Below, one piece after another: positions 10,783-20,939 of a DNA stretch of 64,000 bases. The notes below the pieces were generated by a model. It was given only the letters and a program-made list of their open reading frames with translations. It searched no databases and was not told the DNA's origin. Position 1 is the first letter of the stretch, and every line of letters starts with the position of its first letter. The position numbers and the translations under genes were made by a program. Source of the DNA: Myxococcota bacterium (lineage in GTDB: Bacteria > Myxococcota_A > UBA796 > CAJQPC01); contig DASCPX010000059.1 in the NCBI GenBank assembly GCA_036012755.1, forward strand, positions 96,001 to 160,000, given 5' to 3'.

Positions 10783-11579
10783 AATCCCGCATCGAGGCCG
10801 CCTTCCGTCGCGAGCTGGACGACGAGGCCGGCTGGGCTGCCACTCGAGAGGCCGTCGCGGCCCTCGATCGTGGCGAGCTGCGAGTGGCAGAGAAGCAAGG
10901 AGACACCTGGGTCGTCCACCAGTGGCTGAAGCAAGCTGTGTTGCTCTGGTTCCGCTACTCCCAGATGGAGGTCCACGAGCTTTCGCCCTTCACCTTCCAC
11001 GACAAGGTGCCGATCAAGTCCGACCTCGCCGCCCAGGGCGTCCGCGTCGTGCCCCCGGGGGTCATTCGCTACGGCGCCCACTGCGAGCGCGGCGTCGTCG
11101 TGATGCCCGGCTACGTCAACATCGGCGCCCGGGTCGGGGCCGGCAGCATGGTCGACACCTGGGCCACCGTGGGCAGCTGCGCCCAGATCGGCGCCGGCGT
11201 CCACCTCTCCGGCGGTGTCGGCATCGGCGGGGTGCTCGAGCCCCTCGGCGCCCGCCCCGTCGTCATCGAGGACGGGGCCTTCATCGGCAGCCGCTGCATC
11301 GTCGTCGAGGGCGTCCACATCGAAGCGGAGGCGGTGCTCGGAGCCAACGTCGTGCTCACCGCCTCGACCCCCATCGTCGACGTGCGAGGCCCGGTCGAGG
11401 TCGTCGAGAAGGGCCGGGTGCCAGCGCGCTCGGTGGTCATTCCCGGGACCCGCCCCAAGCGCTTCCCAGCCGGCGAGTACGGCACCCCCTGCGCCCTGAT
11501 CATCGGCCAGCGCAAGGAGTCGACGGATCGCAAGACCTCGCTGAACCAGGTCCTCCGAGAGTTCGCCGTCGCCGTCTGA
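10767..11579 (+). CDS. dapD: 2,3,4,5-tetrahydropyridine-2,6-dicarboxylate N-succinyltransferase
   Basis: Motifs WLKQAVLL, RVVPP and MVDTWATVGSCAQIG..VHLSGGVGIGGVLEP. TTG start after GAGGAGG. Confidence 0.95.
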   Translation: MAPDLKSRIEAAFRRELDDEAGWAATREAVAALDRGELRVAEKQGDTWVVHQWLKQAVLLWFRYSQMEVHELSPFTFHDKVPIKSDLAAQGVRVVPPGVIRYGAHCERGVVVMPGYVNIGARVGAGSMVDTWATVGSCAQIGAGVHLSGGVGIGGVLEPLGARPVVIEDGAFIGSRCIVVEGVHIEAEAVLGANVVLTASTPIVDVRGPVEVVEKGRVPARSVVIPGTRPKRFPAGEYGTPCALIIGQRKESTDRKTSLNQVLREFAVAV

Positions 11580-11594
11580 GGCTAGACTTCGAGG

Positions 11595-13040
11595 GTGAAG
11601 CCCCGCTTCGTCCTCGCCGGCATCCTGGTCGTGCTCGCCGCCGTGATGCAGATCGGCGCCTTGCCGCTGTTGGACGAGGAGTCCTACCTGGACATGGCCA
11701 GGCAGCTGGACTTCAGCCGGCCCTACGACTGGTGGCGTCCCTGGCAGCCCTGGGGCCACGAGCAGCCTGACGACGCCTACCTCTTCGCCCATCCCCCCGG
11801 CCACCTGTGGTGGATCGCGGCCGTAGGCGGGACCTCTCTCGCTGCGCGCCTGTTCGCTGTCCTGCCCTTCGCCGCGCTGCTCGGCTTCTCGGCGGGCGCC
11901 CTCTCCGAGCGCTATGGGGGCTGGATGGGGGTCCTGCTCTTCGCCACGAGCCCCATCCTCTGGCTGTCGCTGCAGGCCGGCATGCTCCCGGATCTCCCGG
12001 TGGCTGCCCTGGGCACTGCCGCTGTCGCTGCCTGGGTCTGGCGCAAGCCTGTCTGGGCCGGGCTGGCCCTCGCCGCAGCGGCCTCGTGGAAGTACCCGGC
12101 GCTCGTGCTGGTCCTGGTCTTCGCCATCGACGGCTGGCGCGATCGACGCGCCCTCCTTCGGCTCCTCGGCGCCTTCGCCCTGCCCTGGCTTGGGCTGCAG
12201 CTCTACCTCGCGTTCCAGTACGGCGAGCCCCACCTCTGGCATGTGCTCTCCACCGCCCCCGAGATCGGGCGCGGGCCCATCGGCGGACGGGCCCTCGGCA
12301 CGCTCTTCCGCCTGGGGCTGGCCTGCCCCCCGGCCTGGTTGGGCCCCGTCACCGTCGCGTCCCTCCTCGGAGGTGGCCTTGCCCTGGTGCCGGAGGCCGA
12401 CGGTCGATGGATCCTGGTCGTGCTCGGCGTCCTCGGCGCTGCGCTGTTGCTGAGGGTCCTCGAGGGTCTGCTCCGGCCTCGCCGGGCTCCCGAGCGTCTG
12501 CTCGCGATCTGGGTCCTGCTCGTGCTCGCCTCTGTGGTCCTCGGCCACAACTACGCAGGCGGACGCTACCTGCTCCCGGCGGTCCTGCCGCTGGCGCTGC
12601 TGGTGGGCGCTCGCCTCCCTCGACCGGCCGCGATCCTCGCGCTGCCCTTTGGAGCCCTGGCGCTGTCGATGGTGCTGGCCGAGCGGGCTCATGCGCAGGC
12701 ATCTGGCGAGATCGCCGAGATGGTCTCGCACCACGCACCGGCTCGTTTCACGGGGGAGTGGACCTTCCGCCACGCCATGACCGAAGACGGCCACACCTTC
12801 TGGAGCCCCGGAGAGCCGCTGTCGTCCGGGGACGTGCTCATCGTGCCGACCCACTCCAGCCCCGCCCCGATCCCCGAGGGCCTGGTCCCCATCGACGAGG
12901 TCCACAGCACCACCGCGGGCAGCTTCCGCCTAGTCGATCTCGAGGTCGGCATCGGCTACCACGCCGAGACCCTCGGCCCCCTGCCGCTGGGCTTCGGGGA
13001 GGGACCCCGAGAGAGCGCGAGGGTGTACCGCGCGCCATGA
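11595..13040 (+). CDS. Polytopic membrane protein, GT-C/ArnT-PMT-like glycosyltransferase
   Basis: An N-terminal TM is followed by a DE pair, HPP, many TM helices and RYLLP. Confidence 0.65.
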   Translation: MKPRFVLAGILVVLAAVMQIGALPLLDEESYLDMARQLDFSRPYDWWRPWQPWGHEQPDDAYLFAHPPGHLWWIAAVGGTSLAARLFAVLPFAALLGFSAGALSERYGGWMGVLLFATSPILWLSLQAGMLPDLPVAALGTAAVAAWVWRKPVWAGLALAAAASWKYPALVLVLVFAIDGWRDRRALLRLLGAFALPWLGLQLYLAFQYGEPHLWHVLSTAPEIGRGPIGGRALGTLFRLGLACPPAWLGPVTVASLLGGGLALVPEADGRWILVVLGVLGAALLLRVLEGLLRPRRAPERLLAIWVLLVLASVVLGHNYAGGRYLLPAVLPLALLVGARLPRPAAILALPFGALALSMVLAERAHAQASGEIAEMVSHHAPARFTGEWTFRHAMTEDGHTFWSPGEPLSSGDVLIVPTHSSPAPIPEGLVPIDEVHSTTAGSFRLVDLEVGIGYHAETLGPLPLGFGEGPRESARVYRAP

Positions 13041-13846
13041 GGATGCCGAGCTTCGAGGCGCTGTTGCTCCGGGACGCGCTCGTTCGCGAGGAGGTCTGGG
13101 ATCGCTACCGGCGGGACCTGTCCTGGTTTCCGCCCGTGACGCTCGCGCTGATCGCGGCCTGTCTGCTGCTCCATGTCGCCGCCGTCCAGCTCTCCGCCGA
13201 CCTGGGCCTGCTCATGGCAGCGACCGGAACCCTGCCCCGAGACGTGCTCTTCGTGCTCGGGGGACGCCACGTCGACGAGGTCGCCGCGGAGCCATGGCGG
13301 CTGGCGTCCTGCCTCTTCGTGCACGGAGGGCCCCTGCACCTGGGGCTGAACGTGCTCGCGCTCTACGGGCTCGGGCGGCTCTGCGAGGCCCTCTACGGTC
13401 CAGCACGCTTCCTGTTCCTGTTCCTGGTCAGCGGCCTGGCGGGCTCGGTCCTGTCCTGGGCGGGCGGCGTGTCGATGTCGGTGGGCGCCTCCTCTGCGGT
13501 CTTCGGGTTGCTCGGCGCCGGCGTGGTCTTCGGCCTCGTCCAAGGTCGACACCTGCCCTCGAACCTGCGCCGGGTCTTCGGACGCCGGCTGATCCCGTGG
13601 GTTGTACTGAACCTCGTCATCGGGCTGGCTCCCTTCCTGCGCATCGACAACCTCGGCCATCTCGGGGGCCTGCTCGGCGGCATGGTGGTGGCGGTGGTCC
13701 TCGGCGACCGCGTCATTCCCTGGGGAAGGCGGTTCTCTGGGGCTGGCTGGGCGATGCTGGCCTTCAGCGTCCCCGTGCTGGCCTGGGCAGCCTTCGAAGT
13801 GGGGCACGCGTACTTCGCTCTGTTGGGGTACGCAGACCCCACATGA
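13037..13846 (+). CDS. Rhomboid family intramembrane serine protease
   Basis: Motifs WR, FVHGG..HL..N, GASSAVFG and HLGG. Confidence 0.92.
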   Translation: MRMPSFEALLLRDALVREEVWDRYRRDLSWFPPVTLALIAACLLLHVAAVQLSADLGLLMAATGTLPRDVLFVLGGRHVDEVAAEPWRLASCLFVHGGPLHLGLNVLALYGLGRLCEALYGPARFLFLFLVSGLAGSVLSWAGGVSMSVGASSAVFGLLGAGVVFGLVQGRHLPSNLRRVFGRRLIPWVVLNLVIGLAPFLRIDNLGHLGGLLGGMVVAVVLGDRVIPWGRRFSGAGWAMLAFSVPVLAWAAFEVGHAYFALLGYADPT

Positions 13847-13879
13847 CCCACGACAGCGCGGAGTTGCCCGGTTTTCGGT

Positions 13880-13895
13880 CGGCACGGCGCTTGCT
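13880..13895 (+). promoter_or_regulatory. Putative sigma54 promoter
   Basis: CGGCACGGCGCTTGCT, with GG at 13881-82 and GC at 13893-94 (GG-N10-GC). Confidence 0.6.
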
Positions 13896-13920
13896 TTGCT
13901 TTGCTTTGCTTTGCTTTGCT
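13891..13920. repeat. Perfect pentanucleotide tandem repeat (TTGCT)6
   Basis: Read directly from the sequence. It is intergenic. Confidence 0.97.
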
Positions 13921-13936
13921 GGACACGGAGATCGTC

Positions 13937-14230
13937 ATGCCCGACAAGCAACGTCGAGTCAGCGGACCGCTGGGCCGCACCTTCAATCGCATCCTCGGGA
14001 AAGCGGACAACGCCGCCGACACCGCAGACATGGCCTTCAACCGCGACCTGCTGAAGCGCTACCTCGACAGCGATCTCCAGCTCGCAGAGGGCGAGTGGTG
14101 GCGAGGCAAGAAGCTCAACGGCGTCGCCGACGCGCTGATGGAGACCCTCGACAAGGACGGGGACGGCAGCGTCTCCTGGGGAACTCGAGGGGGGCTGATA
14201 GAACCTCGCTTGGAGGTTCCCGATGCCTGA
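13937..14230 (+). CDS. Small protein with one EF-hand-like loop, possibly C-terminally truncated
   Basis: GGAG SD before ATG 13937. Contains LMETLDKDGDGSVSW, but the loop lacks the position-12 Glu and the sequence afterwards runs into the moaC leader. Confidence 0.55.
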   Translation: MPDKQRRVSGPLGRTFNRILGKADNAADTADMAFNRDLLKRYLDSDLQLAEGEWWRGKKLNGVADALMETLDKDGDGSVSWGTRGGLIEPRLEVPDA

Positions 14231-14690
14231 ACTCACGCACATCGACGCAGAGGGCAACGCTCGTATGGTCGAGGTCGGCGGCAAGCAGGTCACCGATCGC
14301 GAAGCCACCGCAGAGGGCTGGATCACCCTCGGAGAGGAGGCGGCCAGCGCCATCGCCGAGCGCCGGATCGCCAAGGGCGACGTGCTCGCGATCGCCCAGC
14401 TCGCGGGCATCCAGGCTGCCAAGCGCACCTCCGATCTGGTGCCCCTGTGTCACCCGATCCCGCTCACTGGAGTGAAGCTCACCTTGGAGCAGGCGGGCAC
14501 CCGGGTCCATGTCCGCGCGCGGGTGCGCTGCAGTTGGAGGACGGGGGTCGAGATGGAGGCGCTCACCGCTGTGAGCGCTGCGTTGTTGACCGTCTACGAC
14601 ATGGTCAAGGCCGTGGACAAGGGCCCCGTGATCGGACCGATCCAGCTCCTCGAGAAGTCCGGCGGAGACAGCGGGCGCTGGGCCCGCTGA
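14223..14690 (+). CDS. moaC: Cyclic pyranopterin monophosphate synthase
   Basis: Motifs LTH.D..G.ARMV, KGDV, PLCHPI, TGVEMEAL and YDMVKAVD. Confidence 0.97.
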   Translation: MPELTHIDAEGNARMVEVGGKQVTDREATAEGWITLGEEAASAIAERRIAKGDVLAIAQLAGIQAAKRTSDLVPLCHPIPLTGVKLTLEQAGTRVHVRARVRCSWRTGVEMEALTAVSAALLTVYDMVKAVDKGPVIGPIQLLEKSGGDSGRWAR

Positions 14691-14691
14691 G

Positions 14692-15831
14692 TCAGCGGTC
14701 GGCCTTCCAGTTGCGGCGCTGGTCGCTGGAGTAGACGACCTCGACCTCCGCCAGCTCCGAGGTGTGGACGTCACCCTCGTTGCGGAAGCCGCTGGCGTCC
14801 AGGAGCGCCTTCAGGCTGCCCTCGTCGGCCTCGGCCTCGGTGGGCGGCTCGGGGGCGTGCCTCATCTCGAGGGCGGCGAGCAGGTTGTCGTCGCTCCGCC
14901 GAGCCTGATCCGCGAGGTTGTGGAGCACGCTCTCCCACCAGGTCACGCCGGCCTGGCGCGGCGGGTTGCGGAAGTGCTCGGCGTCGATGCGGTAGAGCCA
15001 GCTGGGCTTTCGAGCCACACACGAGGCGGTGCGAGGCCCCGGCTCGACCAGGGCGTTGCATCCGAACTGGCCACCGGCCGCGAGGGTCACGAGTCGCTTT
15101 GCGCCGCCGCGGACATGGCGGAGCACGTCCACCGCGCCGGTCCCGATCAGGTACATCGCGTCCCCTTGCTCCCCCTCCAGGAAGATGACCTCCCCCTCGT
15201 CGACCGACTTGGAGGTGAACGAGGCTGTGAGCGCCAGCACCGCCTCCGGAGGGGCGTGCGCGATCCCGGGCTGCCTCCTCAAGAGCGGCGCGAGCGGGGG
15301 ACAGTCGCCTCCGGACCCGCCCGGTACGAGCTTGCGCCAGGCCTTCACGAGCGCCGAAAGCTCCTGCCTGCTCGGGGCGACCGTGTCGTGTCGCGCTGCC
15401 TTGGCGATCGCGGCGCTGGCCTCTCGCACCCGGCGCACCACCGACAGGGTCGCCACCTTCACGAGGGCCTCGTAGACCGAGCTGCGGGTCTCGCGCAGGG
15501 CGCGGATCTGGTGGGCTGGCAGCGTCGCGATCAGGCTGTCCTCTCTCGCGATCACGTCGGCCGAGTGCACTGCGCCGTGGAAGAAGGCACCCTCCTCGCC
15601 GAGGATGGCCCCCTGGGACAGTGTCTTCAGCTGGTGGTCGCCTACCTGGAGGTAAAAGCCGCCGCTGAGGACGACACCCAGCTCGTGGGCGGCCTGGCCG
15701 CGTGGCCAGAGGACCTGGTCGGCGGCCACCCGCAGCGGATGCCACAGAGGCGCGCAGCGGATCAGGTCCTCCATCGAGGCGGTCTTCATGAGGCCCAGCC
15801 CCGCCAGTTGCTCGTGCGCGATCGTGCCCAT
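14692..15831 (-). CDS. Tandem cyclic-nucleotide-binding domain protein
   Basis: Two cNMP barrels: VLSG...GAILGEE...HSADV, and GEVIFLEGEQGDAMYLI..G...FG..AL..PRTASC. Confidence 0.85.
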   Translation of the reverse strand: MGTIAHEQLAGLGLMKTASMEDLIRCAPLWHPLRVAADQVLWPRGQAAHELGVVLSGGFYLQVGDHQLKTLSQGAILGEEGAFFHGAVHSADVIAREDSLIATLPAHQIRALRETRSSVYEALVKVATLSVVRRVREASAAIAKAARHDTVAPSRQELSALVKAWRKLVPGGSGGDCPPLAPLLRRQPGIAHAPPEAVLALTASFTSKSVDEGEVIFLEGEQGDAMYLIGTGAVDVLRHVRGGAKRLVTLAAGGQFGCNALVEPGPRTASCVARKPSWLYRIDAEHFRNPPRQAGVTWWESVLHNLADQARRSDDNLLAALEMRHAPEPPTEAEADEGSLKALLDASGFRNEGDVHTSELAEVEVVYSSDQRRNWKADR

Positions 15832-15882
15832 CAGCCCGAGTATAGGGGCGTGGTAGCGTCCACTGGTCACGGCCTGAGATCG

Positions 15883-18800
15883 ATGGAGACCAGCAGCACG
15901 ATCAGGACGGTCAGCAGCTACTTGTCCGCGTTTCACCTGGAGCGGCTCGCGGCGCGTCGCGAGCGCCCGGCCGTGGAGGGCTTCCACGGCGCGGTGCTGC
16001 TCGTGGACGTCATCGGATTCACGCAGATCACCCAGCGCTTCTCCGAGGCGGGGGCTCGCGGTGCCGAGCAACTGTCGGAGATCTTGAACCTCTCCTTCGG
16101 CTCGATCATCGACGCCATCGATCGACACGGCGGGGACATCCTCACCTTCGCGGGAGACGCCGTGCTGGCGGTCTGGCCGGCCCAGGGAGCCCACCTCGAA
16201 GAGGTCGTGATGCTCGCCGTCCAGGCTGGACTCGAGATCCACGACATCCCGACCCATCCCGATCAGCCGCTGAAGCTGCGCGCCTCTGTTGGGGCTGGCA
16301 AGCTCAACGCCTTCGAGGTCGGCGGGCTCGACGAACGCTGGATGCTCGTCACGGCCGGCGACCCGGTCGACCAGGTCGCAGAGGCCGACAAGCTCTGCCA
16401 GGCCGGCGAGGTGATGCTCTCGACCAGCGCCTGGTCCTTCGTCTCCGATCGCTGCAAGGGCGAGCTGCGCCGCAGCGCCGTGGCGCTCAAGTCCATCGAG
16501 TATCCGGTCGAGGCCCCCGGAACCCTCGACCGACCCGAGCCCACCATCGACATCGAGCCCTACATGCCCGAAGTCGTCCATCGCCGCATCGGCGCCGGAC
16601 AAGCCGAGTTCCTGGCCGAGTTCCGCAACCTGACGGTGCTCTTCATCACGCTGTCTGATCTCGACCCGCGCTCGGCGGAGGCGCTGGACAAGCTGCACGC
16701 CGCGTCCCGCGTCCTGCAGGAGGAGCTCGATCGCACGCAGGGTGCGGTCTACCAGTTCCTCAGCGACGACAAGGGCACGACCCTGCTGGCGGCCTACGGC
16801 CTCCCCGGCATGTCCCACGAAGACGACGCCCTGCGCGGCACCATCGCGGCCGTGGCGATCCGAGAAGGACTCACCGGGGTCGGTCTGCGCTCCTCGATCG
16901 GGGTGGCCACGGGTCGCCTCTTCTGCGGCTCGTACGGCAACGACACCCGCCGGCAGTACGCCATCGTCGGCACCACCATCAACCTCTCCGCCCGCCTGAT
17001 GCAGGCCTGTGTCGGGGACGGTCTCCTCTGCGACGAGAAGACCCGCCAGGCGGTCGGTGAACGCGGCGAGTTCGAGGCCCTGGACCCCGTGAAGGCCAAG
17101 GGCATCGACGCGCCGGTCTCTGTCTTCCGCCCCACGGCGCTCAAAGCCAGACGGCACGGCAGCAGCGCCGAGCTCATCGGCCGCGCCGCCGAGCGGGCCG
17201 TGTTCACCGAACGCCTCGGTTGCCTCGGCGAGGGAGTCGGCGGAGTCGTCGTCATCGAGGGAGAGGCAGGGATCGGCAAGAGCCAGCTCTTGCGCTGGGT
17301 TGCCGACGCCGCGACATCCAGAGGTGTCCGCGTAGCCGAGGGTGCCGGAGACTCGATCGAGACGACCACCGGATACCTGATGTGGCGCCAGGTCCTGGAT
17401 GATCTGGTCGGAAGCGATCGGGGCAACATCGACGCCTTGTTCGCCGAAGACCAGCGCATGCAGCAGTGGGCTCCGCTGCTCGAGGACGTGGCCCCGCTGG
17501 GTTTCGAGCCCAACGAGGTCACCGGAGCGATGAGCGGCCCCGCTCGGGCGCAGGCCCTGGCCGAGATCCTCGTCCAGATCGTCAGGCACGCCGCTTCGGA
17601 GCAGCCGCTGCTCCTGGCCGTGGAGGATGGGCACTGGCTCGACTCCGCGAGCTGGGCCACCCTGGGCGAGGTCGCGGCGAAGGTGGACGAGGTCCTCGTC
17701 GTCGTCTCGACCCGGCCCATCCCCGAGCCTGTGCCCTCCGAGTACGACGCGCTGCGCGGACACGAGAGCGCCGATGTCCTCGTCATGGAGACCCTCTCCC
17801 CCGACGAGGCCGAGGCGCTGGTCTGCGCCAAGCTCGGGGTGGACGAACTGCCCGACGCCGTCGCGCGGGTCCTCCGCGAGCAGGCCGAGGGGCACCCGCT
17901 CTACAGCGAGGAGCTCGCCTGGAACCTCGTGGAGACGGGCGCTCTCCACATCGAGGACCGCAGAGCCCGACTGGCCATCCCGGAGTCAGCGCTCTCGGCG
18001 ATGGCCTTCCCCCAAGGCATCGAGGGGGTCATCACCTCCAGGATCGACCGACTGCCCCAGGAGACCCAGCTGCTCCTGAAGGTCGCGAGCGTCATCGGCC
18101 GCATCTTCTCTTTCGACGTCCTTCAGGCCATCGCGCCGCTGGAGACGGAGTCCGAGCGCCTGGAGCAGCAGGCGACACAGCTGGTCGAGGCCGATCTCAC
18201 CCTGCCGGAGCGTCCGAAGCCGGACCTCGCCTGGATCTTCAAGCACGCCTTGATCCAGGACACCGCCTACAACCTGCTCGTCTTCAAGCAGCGCCACCTC
18301 CTCCACAGGTCGGTGGCCGAGTGGTACGAGGAGACCTTCAGCGCGAACCTCGCGGCCTACTACCCGGTGCTCGCCTACCACTTCACCCTCGCCGAGGTGC
18401 CGGACAAGACGCGCCAGTACCTCGACCTGGCGGGGACCCGGGCCCTGCGAACCGGGGCCTCGGCAGAGGCTGTGAGCTTCTTCCGCCGAGCCCTCGCCCT
18501 CGAAGGAGGGCAAGCGGACACGCGGACCACGCTGCGCCAGACGCGCTGGTGGCGGTCGCTCGGGCTCGCCTACTACGCCCTGGGTCAGAAGGCCGACGCA
18601 CGGGACGCCATGCTCCGCACGATGGCGCTGTCGGGCTATCCGATGGCCACGAGCACCTTCGGGCTCTTGCTCCAGCTGCCCTGGCAGTACGTCCTGCAGG
18701 CGATCTACCTGATCTCGCCCAAGGCCCTGCTCGGCAAGACAGAGGACGAGCGGGAGATCGCGTCGTTGGCGGCCGACGCTGCCCAGTCCGTCTCGACGAC

Positions 18801-19890
18801 CTACTACTTCGACAAGGAGAACCTGCCCTTCTTCGTCGCCGGGGTGATGTGCGCCGCCCATTGCGCCCGCGCCGGAGCCTCTCGGGAGTCCGCCTCGGGC
18901 CTGTCCTATGTCGGCGTGCTCGCGGGCCTGTTCCAGATCGACAGGCTCACCGAGGCCTACTTCCGGCGCAGCCTCGAGGCCGCCAACGAGGTCGGTGATC
19001 CCTGGGCTGTCGCCCGACACTGGGAGAACAAGGCCCACCAGCGGGCGGGCGTCGGGATCTGGCTGGACGAGGAACTCGACGACGCCATCCGCTTCTTCGA
19101 GCTCACCGGCGACCGCCACGACCTCGAGATCTCGACCACCATGAAGGCCCTGATCACCAGCTACCGGGGCCGCTACGCAGAGTCCAAGAGCCTCTACCAG
19201 CGAGTCCTGGCCTCTGCGAAGGGCCACAGCGTCCAGCACACGATCTGGGGCACCTACAAGCCCGGAGAGCTGATGCTCTTCGAGGCGGGCCGCCACGACG
19301 AGGCGCTGCCGCTGATGGAAGAGACCCTGGAGCTCTTGAAGCTCGAGCCGGAGGAGCCCACCGAGATCGCCCTCATGCTGGACATCGGCACCATCCAGCA
19401 CCGCAAGGGAGACCCGCGAGCCTCGGACACCGTCCACGACGCCATGCAGCGCCTCAAGGACGCGCCGCCGAACATCCACGGCATGCTGCCTGCGTTCACC
19501 TTTGGCTGCGGCGTCCAGCTCGACATCTGGGAGGAGGCCCTGGCCGCCGGCGGCGACGTGGCGAAGGCCCGGGACCGCGCCTACTTCGCCAACAAGCAGA
19601 TGGCGATCTTCGCCTTCCTGTTCCCGATGGCGCGAGCGCGCAAGTGGATCATGCAGGCCCGCGCCGCGCTGCTCGACGGCAAGACAGACAAGGCCCGGAA
19701 GCTGCTGGAGAAGGCCAGGGCTCGAGGCGAGGAGCACGACATGCCGCTGGATGTCGGCCTGGCCAACCAGTACCTGGGCCTCTGCGAGCCCGGGGGCAGC
19801 GAGGCACGAGAGAACCTCCTCCGCGACGCGGGAGCGGTGTTCGCCAGCATCGGCGCCAGCCAATACGAGGGCCGCTGCGAAGAGGGGTAG
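15883..19890 (+). CDS. Soluble adenylyl cyclase (ADCY10-like): two class III cyclase domains, a STAND/AAA ATPase and a helical repeat tail
   Basis: Cyclase motifs VDVIGFT, FAGDA, DDKGT and INLSARLM. Walker A GEAGIGKS and Walker B EDGHWLD. STAND motifs GHPLY, RIDRL and FKHALIQD.AY. Confidence 0.9.
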   Translation: METSSTIRTVSSYLSAFHLERLAARRERPAVEGFHGAVLLVDVIGFTQITQRFSEAGARGAEQLSEILNLSFGSIIDAIDRHGGDILTFAGDAVLAVWPAQGAHLEEVVMLAVQAGLEIHDIPTHPDQPLKLRASVGAGKLNAFEVGGLDERWMLVTAGDPVDQVAEADKLCQAGEVMLSTSAWSFVSDRCKGELRRSAVALKSIEYPVEAPGTLDRPEPTIDIEPYMPEVVHRRIGAGQAEFLAEFRNLTVLFITLSDLDPRSAEALDKLHAASRVLQEELDRTQGAVYQFLSDDKGTTLLAAYGLPGMSHEDDALRGTIAAVAIREGLTGVGLRSSIGVATGRLFCGSYGNDTRRQYAIVGTTINLSARLMQACVGDGLLCDEKTRQAVGERGEFEALDPVKAKGIDAPVSVFRPTALKARRHGSSAELIGRAAERAVFTERLGCLGEGVGGVVVIEGEAGIGKSQLLRWVADAATSRGVRVAEGAGDSIETTTGYLMWRQVLDDLVGSDRGNIDALFAEDQRMQQWAPLLEDVAPLGFEPNEVTGAMSGPARAQALAEILVQIVRHAASEQPLLLAVEDGHWLDSASWATLGEVAAKVDEVLVVVSTRPIPEPVPSEYDALRGHESADVLVMETLSPDEAEALVCAKLGVDELPDAVARVLREQAEGHPLYSEELAWNLVETGALHIEDRRARLAIPESALSAMAFPQGIEGVITSRIDRLPQETQLLLKVASVIGRIFSFDVLQAIAPLETESERLEQQATQLVEADLTLPERPKPDLAWIFKHALIQDTAYNLLVFKQRHLLHRSVAEWYEETFSANLAAYYPVLAYHFTLAEVPDKTRQYLDLAGTRALRTGASAEAVSFFRRALALEGGQADTRTTLRQTRWWRSLGLAYYALGQKADARDAMLRTMALSGYPMATSTFGLLLQLPWQYVLQAIYLISPKALLGKTEDEREIASLAADAAQSVSTTYYFDKENLPFFVAGVMCAAHCARAGASRESASGLSYVGVLAGLFQIDRLTEAYFRRSLEAANEVGDPWAVARHWENKAHQRAGVGIWLDEELDDAIRFFELTGDRHDLEISTTMKALITSYRGRYAESKSLYQRVLASAKGHSVQHTIWGTYKPGELMLFEAGRHDEALPLMEETLELLKLEPEEPTEIALMLDIGTIQHRKGDPRASDTVHDAMQRLKDAPPNIHGMLPAFTFGCGVQLDIWEEALAAGGDVAKARDRAYFANKQMAIFAFLFPMARARKWIMQARAALLDGKTDKARKLLEKARARGEEHDMPLDVGLANQYLGLCEPGGSEARENLLRDAGAVFASIGASQYEGRCEEG

Positions 19891-19892
19891 TC

Positions 19893-20939
19893 GTGATCGG
19901 CATCCTTGGCGCGACCGGACACACCGGCGTCAAACTCGCGCGGGTCTTCCAGCGCCTCGGTCAGCCGATGCTGCTCGGCGGCCGCGACGCTGACAAGCTC
20001 GACCGGCTCTCCAGCCAGGTGGCGCCTGCCGGCAAGCAGCTCTGCGAGATCCGGGACAAGCGCGCGCTGCGGCGCTTCTTCGAGCAATGCGACCTGGTCG
20101 TGAACTGTGTCGGGCCCTACACGACGCTGGGCTGGGAGGCATGCCAGGTCGCCCTGGAGACCGAGACCTCGCTCTTCGATCTCACGGGGGAGCAGGGCTT
20201 CCAGCGTCGCTGCATCGAAAAGCTCGACGACGGCTGCAAGGAGCTCGGCGTCGTGATCGCCAACGCCATGGGGCTGGAGGTCGTGGTCGCCGACTGCGCG
20301 GCGGAGCTGCTCTTGCGCCGGCACCCGGAGGCCCGAGTCGTCCACGTCGTGAACCATGTCCGAGACTTCGCCAGCAGCGGCGGCTCACGCCAGAGCCTCG
20401 CCCAGGTCTTTGGCCAGTCCTCCGTTGCCTGGCGTGACGGTGGCATCAGGGACGGTCAGCGGGTCGCCGGTCGACTCCGCCGCGCCAGGGTCGGCTCGCT
20501 CGGGGCGAGGTGGATGGCCTGGGGGCCAGGAGTCGAGATCCTCTGCGTCGCCCAGAAGGCCGAGCTCGACCGGGTCGAGGTCTGGTTCGAGATGCCGGCG
20601 CCGGTGGCTGCGTCTTCCTGGCTCAACTCGCGCGCGATGAGCGCCTCTGCTGGACTGCTCCAGAAGGCGGCCGCCCTGTGGACACGGCCGATCGGCGTAT
20701 CGAAGCCTGGTCCCTGGCTGATCCAGGTCTCCGTCGAGTCCGAGCAGGAGCTGGGCGCCATCGAGGTGCGCGGTGTTGGGCCCTACGAGATCACGGCCGA
20801 GATCACGGCCTGGTGCGCCCGCGAGTTCCTCCAGCGCGGGCCGGTCTCCGAGGTCGGGGGGGTCCTGCCGCCGGCTGCGGTGGTGGACGCCGAGCGCTTC
20901 TTCGAGGCGCACCCGCAGCTCGAGGTGATGGAGACATGA
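19893..20939 (+). CDS. Saccharopine dehydrogenase-like NAD(P)-binding oxidoreductase
   Basis: Motifs GATGHTG, GR...KL, NCVGPY and DLTGE. Confidence 0.85.
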   Translation: MIGILGATGHTGVKLARVFQRLGQPMLLGGRDADKLDRLSSQVAPAGKQLCEIRDKRALRRFFEQCDLVVNCVGPYTTLGWEACQVALETETSLFDLTGEQGFQRRCIEKLDDGCKELGVVIANAMGLEVVVADCAAELLLRRHPEARVVHVVNHVRDFASSGGSRQSLAQVFGQSSVAWRDGGIRDGQRVAGRLRRARVGSLGARWMAWGPGVEILCVAQKAELDRVEVWFEMPAPVAASSWLNSRAMSASAGLLQKAAALWTRPIGVSKPGPWLIQVSVESEQELGAIEVRGVGPYEITAEITAWCAREFLQRGPVSEVGGVLPPAAVVDAERFFEAHPQLEVMET

